The notes: generated by a model not told the origin, from the letters alone. A DNA stretch of 64,000 bases from an uncultured delta proteobacterium (GCA_963752595.1 CAVVYZ010000005.1:1-64000); one strand, 5' to 3'; numbered from the stretch's first letter, positions 30,031 through 40,301 are shown. Translations and numbers: made by a program.

Positions 30031-32019
30031 TCATTTACAAGGCTTTCCACATCTCTTTTCCCATTTCCCAACCCATTTTTCTGTCCAGTCATTAGCTTTG
30101 TACCAAGCTGAGATATCTTTATCTGGTTTTGTAAAATCTTCAGCATGACCAAATTGACTTGATTTAGGATTCCAACGATATCCTTTATCATAATGTGAAA
30201 AGCTATCTTGACCTTGGGGCATTAAACTTTCAAAAGATCTCTTATAACAATTGTTAAGTGCTATTTCCAAGTCTCTTTCGACTGAACCCCTGTCTCTGAA
30301 ATGTCTATATGGATCTCCCCAAGGCCATGGACTAGGTACTGTACGCAAAGTCATTACTGTAACCATAGGAATATAGCGCCAATGATCCAGAGTGTTTGAT
30401 AGCTTGAAGCTGATTTATCATACCGGGTAGCGATGGCCCTGAAGTGCTTCATGCGATGAATGAAGCGTTCGATTCGGTTCCTAAGGCGGTAGATGGTCTT
30501 ATCGAACGGGCCTGTCCTGGCTTCATCCCTTCTCCGAGGGATCGTGATTCTGATATGATGGTCCGCAAGGTACTTTCGTATTGCGCCGCTGCTATAAGCC
30601 TTGTCGCCGATCAGTCGGCCCGGCCTGATCTTGGGGCGACCTCTTCCTTGCCGCTTTACCGCGCCGGTCTCCATGAGGCGATAAAACGCAGTCGTTTCAT
30701 GCCGATGTCCGGGAGTAAGCGCAAGGGTGATGAGCTTGCCGTTTCCATCTGTTCTCAAATGGACCTTGGTTGAGTACCCGCCCTGGCTGTAGCCGAGTGC
30801 TTCGCTTTCTTGCCCCTTTTTTTCAGCCCTGAGGCATGCTGATGGGCACGGATGATGGTACTGTCAACATAATGCGTATCCCAATCCAGACACCCGCGTG
30901 CATCTTCCTGGGAAAGGATGGAAGCGAAGATCTGGTCCCAGATGCCTTTTCTCTTCCATCTGAAAAACCGGCTATATATGGTGCTCCAGGACCATATCTC
31001 TCAGGGATGTCCCTCCAGGAGACACCTGTCTTCATTCTCCAGAGGATACCATTAATGACCTTCCTATGGTCTTCAGATGGTCTGCCTGTTTCCTGTTTCT
31101 GGGGCGGAAGCAACGGCTCAAGCTGCTCCCATTGCTTGTCGGTTAACTCATGACGCTTTACCATTCATGTTTAGATGCACCCATTGCAAAATGGTTTGCG
31201 TACAGTACCTAGTAGGCCCATGATCTTCTCGAGAAAAATCATACCTTACACCACCATAAAAATCACTATGCCCAAAAACTCCACCTCCCGCTCTATAACC
31301 ATCTCCAAATAAACCTTTAGGATCAATTAAGTTAACGGGATCATTGACACAATACCTATAATAATTCTCATCTCCACTCTCAAACCCAATCAGATCTTCA
31401 GTAATGTATCTCCCCGTTCCCGAATCATAGTATCTATTGAGGTTATAGTGCATCCCTGTTTCTTCATCATAATATTGGCCGGGGAACCTAAGATTGTTCG
31501 TCACGCTGGACGACGAATCCACCGTCGCTTTTCCGAACGCATCATACTTCGCCGACCACACCACGGCCCCACTCTCACTCGTCAGCTACTGTGGCGTCCC
31601 GAGATGATCATTCTGAGAAGTAATACTGCCCGTTGTGCTTCATAAACAACGGGTCGGTGGTCCAAGTGGAGTTAGGCCTGTACCCATACTCTTTTGTCTG
31701 GTTCCCGCTCGCATCGAATTCCGCCACCAATCCCTCATCGGCATCTTACCCCGGACACATCCTTCTACAGCCTCCTGCCGAACGGATCATACGTGTACTC
31801 CGCTATTTGTGAGCCTGAGCCGTTTGTTACCCTGATAAGCCGGTTGTCGATGTCATAGACAAAGTTCGTCACGGTAGAGCCTTCCTTCTTCCTCGTCATG
31901 TTCCCGTTGTCATCGTACTCACAGCTTGCGCCGGAGTTGCTTGCCAGCTCGTTGTTGGTATTGTAGCTCCAGGTCCCGCTCGTCTGTGCAGAGGTCAGCC
32001 GGTTGCCCACCTTGTCATG
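30031..32019 (-). pseudogene. Orphan Rhs (YD-repeat) core remnant with a C-terminal toxin domain, interrupted by IS5
   Basis: YD repeats (YDDNGN, YDIDNRL, YTYDPFGRR) and the core signature LRFPGQYYDEETGMHYN..RYYD..DPVNLIDPKGL. The toxin tip continues in frame beyond the IS5 to the stop at 30031. Confidence 0.85.
30335..31209 (-). mobile_element. IS5-family element (two-ORF transposase, 31164-30354)
   Basis: Perfect 18-nt inverted repeat CTAGGTACTGTACGCAAA at 30332 and ending 31212, including the CTAG target. ELTDKQW..GRPSEDHR, GDKAYSS and YRLRNRIERF. A7G slippery site near 30820 and an extra indel near 30990. Confidence 0.9.
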
Positions 32020-32243
32020 GGGTTTTTTTCTCACAATAACCTTCAGGAGCCCGCATCGAGAAAGTGAACAGCCGTCCTACTCCCCATTGATTAATTCCAT
32101 GTTTCCCGGTATGGGAAATCCATGTATACATGCAAAGAAAATGCATGAGCTGAGTTCCCTTAAAAAGACAGTGCACCAGCACTCGGCCGGGGGAAAGAAG
32201 TACCCTTCCCGGCTGATAAAAAACAACGGGAAAGGATGGTCAC

Positions 32244-33367
32244 ATGGCAAGAGTAGCATTTATCGGTTGGCGGGGCATGGTCGGTTCGGTCCTCATGGAC
32301 CGGATGACCTCCGAAAAGGATTTCAAAGGTTTCGAGCCCGTGTTCTTCACCACCTCCCAGGTGGGGCAGAAAGGCCCCGGATAGGGCTGGACACCCTGCC
32401 GCTCAAGGATGCATACGACATCAAGGAGCTCAAAACCGCCGATATCATCGTCACGTGCCAGGGCGGCGACTATACGAAGAAGGTCTACCCCCAGCTGCAG
32501 GAAAGCCCGGCTGGAACGGCTACTGGATCGATGCAGCCTCGGCCCTGCGCATGCAGGACGACAGCATCATCGTGCTCGACCCGGTGAACCGCGAGCGTCA
32601 TCGACAAGGGCCTGAAGAAGGGCATCAAAAACTATATCGGCGGTAACTGCACCGTGAGCCTCATGCTCATGGGACTCGGCGGTCTTTTCGAGCAGGGCCT
32701 GGTCGAGTGGATAACCTCCATGACCTACCAGGCTGCATCCGGCGCTGGGGCAAAAAACATGCGCGAGCTGATCGAGCAGATGGCCTACATCGGCAAGTCT
32801 TCGCAAGAAGCTTCTGGATAATCCCTCATCGGCAGCGCTGGACCTCGACAAGCAGGTGCACCGGCGCGATGCATGAAGACTCATTCCCCACGGAGAATTT
32901 CGGGTTCCCCCTGGCCGGCAAGCGTGCATTCCATGGATCGACTCGCGCCCTGGAAAACGGCCAGAGCAGGGAAGAGTGGAAGGGGTATGCGGAGACCAAC
33001 AAGATCCTCGGGCACAAAGAAGCCCATCCCCGTAGACGGCCTCTGCGTGCGGGTAGGCGCCATGCGCTGCCACTCCCAGGCGCTCACCATCAAGCTGAAG
33101 AAGGACCTGCCGCTGGACGAGATAACGGATATCATTCAGAAGGCCAACGACTGGGTGAGGGTGATCCCCAACACCAAGCAAGAAACCCTGAAGAATCTCA
33201 CCCCCGCAGCCGTGACCGGCGGGCTCGAGGTCCCGGTGGGAAGGATCAGGAAGCTCAACATGGGCCCGAAGTACCTCACCTGCTTCACCGTAGGCGACCA
33301 GCTGCTCTGGGGAGCTGCAGAGCCGATCCGGAGGATTCTGAAGATCGTAGTGGATTATCTCTCCTGA
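32244..33367 (+). CDS. asd: Aspartate-semialdehyde dehydrogenase, with several apparent indels
   Basis: [57 protein letters not shown] and [12 protein letters not shown], spread over several frames. Confidence 0.92.
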
Positions 33368-33387
33368 GATTAGATCGATTATGTTTC

Positions 33388-33433
33388 AAAAAAGGGTGGA
33401 TGGGGGTTATCAAACCTCCATCCCCTTTTTATT
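33388..33433. terminator. Probable bidirectional intrinsic terminator after asd
   Basis: AAAAAAGGGTGGATGGGGG-loop-CCTCCATCCCCTTTTT. Confidence 0.65.
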
Positions 33434-33612
33434 CAATCAGAAAATTTCCGGCAGCTTGGCCTAAGGGGGTTGCCCTTTCTCCCTCTCCACGGTGCACCCG
33501 CAAAGGGAGTCTTAGAGAGGACTTAAGAGGCCCCGGAAATAAATACGCCCCCTCGGAAGGGGGCATGCTCGGGCCTTCCCTGGGCGGCCCTGATATATCG
33601 ACTCCTTTACTT

Positions 33613-34113
33613 CTAAAACGCCATGGAAAACAGCATTGCAATCCAGTTCGGCTTTTTTTCATCAGCCGACTTGATAATTTTTAGGTCTTCTTCCAATGCA
33701 GTGGCCGGGATATAGCCGATAGCCCCATCCGTCCTCTCGATGAAATCGATGATCCCGTCCGAGGTCGAAAATGCCTTCGGGGTCCCGGCCCTGCCGGTGA
33801 ATACCTGTTTCTTCCAGTATAAATCAAACTGCATGGCTGTCTTTCTCACGAAAGTTTCCAGGAACGTCTCGTGCGCCTGTCCGTCTTTCATGGTAACAAA
33901 GCTGATCTTCTGCCCGTCATCCCACACGGTTTTCCTGCCAAGGAATATATCCCTGATGTCGTCCTGGCTTAAAGAACTCGCCGTGACCGACTTGTTGCAG
34001 ACGATGATGACATCTTCCGCATAAGCAAGACCGCCCGAGATGATGAAGAGAAGGACGATTATTGCTAAAATACCGATTAGCGTTCGTTCTTTTCTGCTTT
34101 CCATGGCATCCAT
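33613..34113 (-). CDS. Small periplasmic PBP-superfamily (phosphate-binding-like) protein
   Basis: Signal peptide, IRDIFLG..W.DG, YWKKQVFTG and GAIGYI. Confidence 0.75.
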   Translation of the reverse strand: MDAMESRKERTLIGILAIIVLLFIISGGLAYAEDVIIVCNKSVTASSLSQDDIRDIFLGRKTVWDDGQKISFVTMKDGQAHETFLETFVRKTAMQFDLYWKKQVFTGRAGTPKAFSTSDGIIDFIERTDGAIGYIPATALEEDLKIIKSADEKKPNWIAMLFSMAF

Positions 34114-34307
34114 GCTCCTTACACGTATTTATTCAAATCCATTTGATTCCAAGTCCAGGGAACTACGGGTATTATCGGGGAATGGAAGGTGAAACTTTAC
34201 GGTCTCTTCGTCTATTGTGCAAAGTCACTGGACAGTCAGGGAGTGATGACGGAAACAGCGTCTTCATATTCAAAGATTCACCGGCAGAAAAGAAGCATTG
34301 ATAACCC

Positions 34308-35177
34308 TTACTGCTGGACGGGCTTGTATCCTTTTTGCCGCAGCAGGGCCGGTACACCCTGCTCTCCCACCAGGTGGCCGGCGCCAACGATGATGATGGT
34401 GTCTCCGTCCTTCTTCATCAATTCTTCAATGTGGGAGGCCCAGAGGGAATTTCTCCTGGTGAAAAGCGCATTCCTGATCTCGGGATATTCATCGAGGCTG
34501 ATATTCACGAGTGATTCCATCTTTGCGGTATCACCCTCTTTCCAGGCGTTCATCATCACGGCCGATTGTCCGGCGATGACTTCCAGTTCCTTCAAAGCCT
34601 GTTTCAGAAGGTCTTCCTGCATGTCCCCGAGCGTCTTCGACAGGAGGCCGATCTGATACCGGGCAGACTCGAAAAAGATCGTCTCCTTGCCGTCTTTCTT
34701 CGCTTTCGCAGAGAAATGGGCATCGATGCCCGACCCGGGGTCATACCCCAGACGCTTCAACTCCATACCGCTCAGGCTGACTGCGCACAGCCAGGGCTTG
34801 CACCCGGCAAACCGCGATGCGGGGATGCCTGCCGAGTTAAGCCTTTGTTCGAGGAGGCCGTAAGTCTTTTTCGAGATATGGTCTTTCAGGGAGGTCTTAT
34901 CCTGATACATCCCCTGCGAGATCAGAGCCTGCTGAACCTCCCGGCTGCGTGCCTCCTCCATGTCCGCCTCGAAAACGACCCTCCTGCTCCTCCTGTACGC
35001 ACGCTCTATACGGCTGTCTAAAGGATATGCATCCGGCTTGAGCACATGAACCGAGCCCAGCAGGTGCACGGTTCCTCTCGGCCCTTTCACGGACCAGAGG
35101 AAAACGGGTTTTTTTTCCGCAGCCTGCACTGCCCCGGCGAAAACAATAACTAAGCAGAAGAGTGCGAGCGCCTTCAT
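34308..35177 (-). CDS. TraB/GumN family protein
   Basis: FLWSV, LLGSVH, GID, RN..W and VGAGHLVG. Signal peptide from the ATG at 35177. Confidence 0.85.
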   Translation of the reverse strand: MKALALFCLVIVFAGAVQAAEKKPVFLWSVKGPRGTVHLLGSVHVLKPDAYPLDSRIERAYRRSRRVVFEADMEEARSREVQQALISQGMYQDKTSLKDHISKKTYGLLEQRLNSAGIPASRFAGCKPWLCAVSLSGMELKRLGYDPGSGIDAHFSAKAKKDGKETIFFESARYQIGLLSKTLGDMQEDLLKQALKELEVIAGQSAVMMNAWKEGDTAKMESLVNISLDEYPEIRNALFTRRNSLWASHIEELMKKDGDTIIIVGAGHLVGEQGVPALLRQKGYKPVQQ

Positions 35178-35242
35178 TATGATACCGGCTTTGGTAAATT
35201 CCTTTCTCTTTCCCGGATGCATCATGTGAATAAACCCGGCAT

Positions 35243-36181
35243 TCACTGGGAAATCATGATCACCGGCTCTGACTGCCTGCCCTGTACGACCCGCATACCG
35301 GGAGGGACGTCGCTGGTGAGCCACACGTTTCCGCCGATGACGGCCCCTTTGCCGATGCGGACCCGGCCGAGGACCGTAGTGCCGGAGTAGATGATCACGT
35401 TGTCCTCTACAATTGGATGCCTCGGGATGCCCTTGACGAGCTTGCCTGTCTCGTCCTTGGGGAAGCTCACCGCGCCGAGGGTCACCCCCTGGTAGAGCCG
35501 TACGCTGCGCCCGATCTCGCATGTTTCGCCGATGACCGTGCCTGTCCCATGGTCGATGAAGAACCGCTCTGCGATCTTGGCGCCGGGATGGATATCTATG
35601 CCGGTCTGCGAATGGGCCATTTCGGTGATGATACGGGGAATCATCTCGACACCCAGGGTATGCAGCTCGTGGGCAATGCGGTAATTTGTCACGGCCTTGA
35701 TGCTCGGGTAGCAGAAAACGGCCTCTCCGGGGCTTTTCGCCGCCGGGTCGCCCTCATAGGCGGCGACCACATCGGAAGACATGAGCTTCCTGATCTTTGG
35801 TATGGCGGCTATGAAGCGCCGGGACAAACTCCGGGCCCGCTCTTCACACTCGATGGAAGCCTGCCAGTATGTCATCTCATGTGAAAAACCGATCCCCCGT
35901 TTGATCTGTTCGGAGAGGAGGCGCTCTACCTTTTCGAGGTGGTTCCCGATGATATACGGCATGGATTCGAGCGACATCTCGGAATCGCTGAAATACGCGG
36001 GGAAAATGACCATCCTCAGACGCTCGACAATCTCGGTCAACGCATCGAGGGAGGGCATCACCCTCTCCTCAGTGGGCTTGTGGTAAACGTCCTCGTATGA
36101 TTCGGGCTTGCAGAGTTCGTCGACCACCTTGTGGATGGTCCTCTCTGTCCGGCACATACCTACCCTTCTCTCATCCTCCAT
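35243..36181 (-). CDS. cysE: Serine O-acetyltransferase (CysE/EpsC type)
   Basis: YEGDPAA, TGIDIHPGA, FFIDHGTG, YQGVTLGA and RHP, with hexapeptide repeats. Confidence 0.9.
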   Translation of the reverse strand: MEDERRVGMCRTERTIHKVVDELCKPESYEDVYHKPTEERVMPSLDALTEIVERLRMVIFPAYFSDSEMSLESMPYIIGNHLEKVERLLSEQIKRGIGFSHEMTYWQASIECEERARSLSRRFIAAIPKIRKLMSSDVVAAYEGDPAAKSPGEAVFCYPSIKAVTNYRIAHELHTLGVEMIPRIITEMAHSQTGIDIHPGAKIAERFFIDHGTGTVIGETCEIGRSVRLYQGVTLGAVSFPKDETGKLVKGIPRHPIVEDNVIIYSGTTVLGRVRIGKGAVIGGNVWLTSDVPPGMRVVQGRQSEPVIMISQ

Positions 36182-36237
36182 TATGGTAACCTCCCGGTAA
36201 ATCTCGCAAAAACCGGCTGATCAGCGAAACAAACCGC

Positions 36238-36513
36238 CTATTCGATGTCTCTGCCGCCCGGGGAAAGCGGCGTGACAGGCTGAGTCGGGTCCTTTCTCTT
36301 GTTCCTGTCACGCTTGCGCTCCTGGAGAAGAAACAGGAGGGCTTCAGTGTTGGTCTTTATATGAACAAAAATGCTCTCCAGGCCTTCGAATTTGCTGTGG
36401 TTATCCAGATTGAACTGCAATTGGTCAATAAGCTTCCTGAGAGTCTCCTCATGGAGCTCATGCTTTCTGTTTACGAATACCTTTTTGGCCTCAAGATCCA
36501 TTTCAGAGTCCAT
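36238..36513 (-). CDS. Hypothetical protein (about 91 aa)
   Basis: ORF with a GGGGGAG SD and helical composition; no motif recognised. Confidence 0.5.
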   Translation of the reverse strand: MDSEMDLEAKKVFVNRKHELHEETLRKLIDQLQFNLDNHSKFEGLESIFVHIKTNTEALLFLLQERKRDRNKRKDPTQPVTPLSPGGRDIE

Positions 36514-36594
36514 GGCTCTCCCCCTTTTGTTTTTATCATCTATAGTGTAAAAAAAATTACCCCATATCCATGCTTTGGTCAACGGATATCATCA

Positions 36595-36636
36595 TTGACA
36601 TGATGTCCTATTTAGGATAGTTCTAATTAGTACTAT
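36595..36636 (+). promoter_or_regulatory. Putative promoter (-35 TTGACA) and palindromic MarR operator
   Basis: TTGACA at 36595-36600. Imperfect 20-bp palindrome ATAGTTCTAATTAGTACTAT at 36617-36636, upstream of the MarR gene. Confidence 0.55.
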
Positions 36637-36671
36637 AAATGAAAGGAATGCTATCCGGATAAGGAGCGGAA

Positions 36672-37148
36672 ATGAAGCGGAAAGGTGCTTTCATCATTGC
36701 ACAGATGCACCGGATTTCCGGGCGTATCTTTTCCCGGATGCTCAAAAAGTACAAAGTCGATACTATCAGCCCTTCCCAGGGGAGGATCCTGTTTGCCCTG
36801 TGGAACAAGGATGACATCCCTATCCGCGAGCTTGCGGATAGGACTTCTCTGAAAAAATCCACGCTCACGACCATGCTTGATGCCCTCGAAAGCTCGGGAC
36901 ACGTAATTCGGGTTCCATCCGGCACTGACCGGAGGAAGATCCATATCCTCCTCACTGATAAAGACAGACGATTCAGGGAGACCTACCACCAGGTATCCCG
37001 GGAAATGGCCTCACTTTGCTATGCAGGCTTTTCTGAAGAAGAGATCGATGCATTCGAGGGTTTCCTGGAGAGGATTCTCGGAAACCTCAAGCGTATAGAA
37101 TCCGGACATGACACCTTTGCCTTCCTTCCTGGAGGGACAAAACAATGA
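36672..37148 (+). CDS. MarR family transcriptional regulator
   Basis: ELADRTSLKKSTLT..LDALE..G..R and DRR..LT. Confidence 0.9.
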   Translation: MKRKGAFIIAQMHRISGRIFSRMLKKYKVDTISPSQGRILFALWNKDDIPIRELADRTSLKKSTLTTMLDALESSGHVIRVPSGTDRRKIHILLTDKDRRFRETYHQVSREMASLCYAGFSEEEIDAFEGFLERILGNLKRIESGHDTFAFLPGGTKQ

Positions 37149-37945
37149 TAAAGGTTCGTACATCAGGAGAGGTTACCGATTTCTGCATGGGCCGCAGCAT
37201 CGGCCCCCTGGTACCGTATGCCGTGCATGCCTTCCTGATAGGAGACACCCTTATCGATACCGGAACTGCATATGCACGCCGGGAATTCATGGGCGCACTC
37301 GTTGGAAAGCGGGTTTCTGCCGTCATCAATACCCACCACCATGAAGACCATATCGGGAACAACAGGATCATCAAAGATACCTTCGGGGCAGCAATCCATG
37401 CCCATAAAGATTCCCTCCCGTATATGGCTGACCCGGTAACATTAGGGCTCAAAGCCTACCAGCGTTTTGTATGGGGCCTGCCCGAAAAATCCGCAGGCTC
37501 TCCCTTAAGCAGCCGGATCTCAATTGCGGGCACCACGTTTGATGTTATCCCGACTCCCGGGCATTCGCCCGGCCATGTCTGCCTTTATGACCGGGAGACC
37601 GGCAGGCTGTTTACCGGGGATATCTTCTGCGGCCGGCTCGTGCGGTACCTGCGGCAGGATGAAGATTTCCCGCAGATTCTCTCCTCTCTCAAAAACCTTG
37701 CCCGCCTTGATATATCAACAATCTTCTGCGGCCTGAAAGGCATCGTAAATGACGGCAATGCAGCGCTGACCGCAAAGATCGCCTTCATGGAGAACTTGAA
37801 GCAGCAGGTCTGGGAACTTGCCGGCAAGGGCCTTCCCCGGCGGCAAATACGGATAAGCCTTCTCGGGTATGAAGACGCCATGTATTACCTGAGTACCGCC
37901 CATTTCTCCAAGCAGCATGTTATAGATTCCATTCTCGGCGAGTAA
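37145..37945 (+). CDS. MBL-fold metallo-hydrolase
   Basis: LIDTG, THHHEDHIG, TPGHSPGH and FTGD. 4-nt overlap with the MarR gene. Confidence 0.9.
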   Translation: MIKVRTSGEVTDFCMGRSIGPLVPYAVHAFLIGDTLIDTGTAYARREFMGALVGKRVSAVINTHHHEDHIGNNRIIKDTFGAAIHAHKDSLPYMADPVTLGLKAYQRFVWGLPEKSAGSPLSSRISIAGTTFDVIPTPGHSPGHVCLYDRETGRLFTGDIFCGRLVRYLRQDEDFPQILSSLKNLARLDISTIFCGLKGIVNDGNAALTAKIAFMENLKQQVWELAGKGLPRRQIRISLLGYEDAMYYLSTAHFSKQHVIDSILGE

Positions 37946-38213
37946 ACGCAATGATATCCGTGCAGAAGAATCGACATCTCCCTTGAATCTGCCTACCGAG
38001 GACGTTATTATTCATACATCTCCATCCTTCCAAGTCAATACGACCGGCAGGCAGAGAGCTGCTGCCTGGCTGTGGGTACAGTTCTGCGTTTCGAAGACCG
38101 TGGATCTAAAAAAAGTTCACCGTCGGAGGAACGTCGACAGGGAGGTCCACCATCATGTCCGATTATCTCACCGAACACAGGGACGATTACGGCGGTAGCA
38201 CCCGGCGATGCCG

Positions 38214-39167
38214 TCACGCCCTTCCGGGTAAGAGTATGTCCCGCAGGCTGAACCTGCCCACAGGACCAAGCGAGTAGGGCTTTCCGGTTGCGATCGCCCT
38301 GGCTGCGAGTATTCCGCTGCGTACGGCCGGCCCGATGCCTTCACCCATGTCAATGGTTGCGAGGCCTGCTGCATCCCCGACGAGATACGCGTTATCCAGA
38401 TTGACCGGGCCTGTATCCTGCCTGGTATAGTATGCATAACCTCTCGGCGGACAGTCTCCCTGGACTTCGACCGAGAGGTTTTTCAATTTCTCTGCAAAAG
38501 AATTCCAATGGCTCCTGATGCTCATGTGCTTTTTTTTCATCCGGGAATAGTTCCCGCCTATCCCTGCGTTGATATATCCGCCTTCTTTCGGTACGTACCA
38601 GGCATATCCGGGAAGGCCCTGCTCGAAGAACCAGAGGCGGCTCAAACCGTCTTTCCCGCTGTACGGCAGTTCCTTCTCCAGGGCAAGGATGAGAGAATCC
38701 CCGGCCCTCGGCCTTTTATCCTTGAAAAATGCAGCATGGACAGGGCAGAAAGTTCCTCCTGCTCCAACAAGGTGTTTGCAGGCAAAGGCATTGTCGATAA
38801 TATAGGAATTACCTTCCTTTCGGATGTCACGAGCCCGGTGCGTGAATACGGTAACGCCGGTACGCCCGATGAGCCAGGAGTCGAATTCATCTCTCCGGAT
38901 GGAATACTGCCTGGTGGGAAGAGTGAGCCGCTTCCCGAAAGCATTGATTTCCAGCTTCTGCATCGTAAGCATACCGTATGGGTACTCCTGGGGCCGTACG
39001 CCGAGATCTCTCAGGACTGACGGTGTTATCCAGCCCGCACACTGCTTCGCTCTCGGGAAAGATTCCTTGTCGAGAATAATGGCCTGTCTGCCGTGAGATT
39101 TGAGTTTCCATGCACAGCTGGCGCCGGCCGGACCTCCGCCTATGATGATCACCTCTGACTTGACCAC
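38214..39167 (-). CDS. Geranylgeranyl-reductase-family FAD oxidoreductase (candidate methylene fatty-acyl reductase)
   Basis: IIGGGPAG, FPRAKQCAG, GYAWYVPK and VGDAAGL..GEGI. Confidence 0.85.
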   Translation of the reverse strand: MVKSEVIIIGGGPAGASCAWKLKSHGRQAIILDKESFPRAKQCAGWITPSVLRDLGVRPQEYPYGMLTMQKLEINAFGKRLTLPTRQYSIRRDEFDSWLIGRTGVTVFTHRARDIRKEGNSYIIDNAFACKHLVGAGGTFCPVHAAFFKDKRPRAGDSLILALEKELPYSGKDGLSRLWFFEQGLPGYAWYVPKEGGYINAGIGGNYSRMKKKHMSIRSHWNSFAEKLKNLSVEVQGDCPPRGYAYYTRQDTGPVNLDNAYLVGDAAGLATIDMGEGIGPAVRSGILAARAIATGKPYSLGPVGRFSLRDILLPGRA

Positions 39168-39179
39168 TTCGGTCCCCTT

Positions 39180-40301
39180 TTAGATTAACCGGCATTCCGG
39201 CTGATGCATGCCCGGCTTGGTCATCACCACCTGCCACAGCTGTATATCGCGGGAGCGGAATGCTCCGGCCGAGCTGAGCAGATAGAATCGCCACATTCTG
39301 CGGAAGCGCTCGCCATACCGGTCTTTCAAACCGTTCCAGCTTTTTTCGAAATTTTCATGCCAGGCCATCAGGGTCTTGTCATAATCCGGCCCGAAATTAT
39401 GCCAGTCTTCCATGACAAACAACCCTTCCATTGCCTCGCTGAGCTGAGCGATGGAAGGGATCTGGCCGTTCGGGAAGATATATTTGGCGTACCACGGGTT
39501 TGTGATTTTCATGCTCACATTCCCGCCGATGGTATGGAAAAACCCTATGCCGTCGGCTTTCAATGTACGGTCTACCAGTCCCATGTAATCCCGGTAGTTT
39601 TTATACCCCACATGTTCGAGGATCCCGATTGAGACTACCCTGTCATACTTCCCCTCGACGTCCCGGTAATCCTGCAGCCTGATATCGACCGGGAAGCCTT
39701 GGCAGAGCTCTTTTCCCAGCTTCACCTGCTCTTTGGAAACCGTTACGCCTGTTACCGACGCCCCGTAGCGCTCTGCGGCATACCTGGCAAACGCACCCCA
39801 TCCGCAGCCGAGGTCCAGCACCTTCATCCCGGGCTCTATTTCGACTTTCCGGCACACCAGATCCATCTTTGCAACCTGTGCATCATCAAGGTTATCCGAT
39901 GCCCTCCAGTAGCCGCAGGTATACACCATCCGGGAGTCGAGCATTAGTCGATAGAGATCATTCCCGATGTCATAGTGCCTCTTTCCCACTTCATAGGCCC
40001 TGCCGGTGCTCTGGAGATTAAAGATCCTTGCCTTGAAATTTTCCCAGACAAATCTGAAATCCCCTTTCACCGTTCTTTCAATCCCGGCACGCAGGGCACG
40101 GTCAAAGAACTGATCGATGGACGGGCAATCCCACCACCCGTCCATATATGACTCACCCAGTCCAAGCACGCCTTCACGCAGGACCCGCTCATAAAATTCA
40201 TTGCGGTGCACGGTTATATCCCAGGGGTTATCACCATTGACGCGTATGCCCGATGAAGACAGCAGGTCCTGGATGATATGCTCTGCACCTTGCTTCGGCA
40301 T
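39180..40301 (-). CDS. cfa: Cyclopropane-fatty-acyl-phospholipid synthase-like methyltransferase
   Basis: GLGESYMDGWW, HYDIGNDLY, YTCGYW, LDLGCGWG and RMWRFYL. Confidence 0.9.
   Translation of the reverse strand: MPKQGAEHIIQDLLSSSGIRVNGDNPWDITVHRNEFYERVLREGVLGLGESYMDGWWDCPSIDQFFDRALRAGIERTVKGDFRFVWENFKARIFNLQSTGRAYEVGKRHYDIGNDLYRLMLDSRMVYTCGYWRASDNLDDAQVAKMDLVCRKVEIEPGMKVLDLGCGWGAFARYAAERYGASVTGVTVSKEQVKLGKELCQGFPVDIRLQDYRDVEGKYDRVVSIGILEHVGYKNYRDYMGLVDRTLKADGIGFFHTIGGNVSMKITNPWYAKYIFPNGQIPSIAQLSEAMEGLFVMEDWHNFGPDYDKTLMAWHENFEKSWNGLKDRYGERFRRMWRFYLLSSAGAFRSRDIQLWQVVMTKPGMHQPECRLI

Noticed and set aside
32185-32220. Hairpin upstream of asd as a lysine riboswitch or attenuator
   Set aside because: No U tract on the plus strand, no lysine-riboswitch consensus and no Lys/Thr/Met-rich leader peptide.
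33440-33610. 6S RNA, SRP RNA or riboswitch call
   Set aside because: Only a GAGCATGCCC-like fragment resembles 6S. The context and central bubble are not convincing, so it is kept only as a low-score structured region.
35178-35522. N-terminal extension of the 404-aa TraB/GumN ORF
   Set aside because: It overlaps cysE in another frame. The signal peptide starts at 35177.
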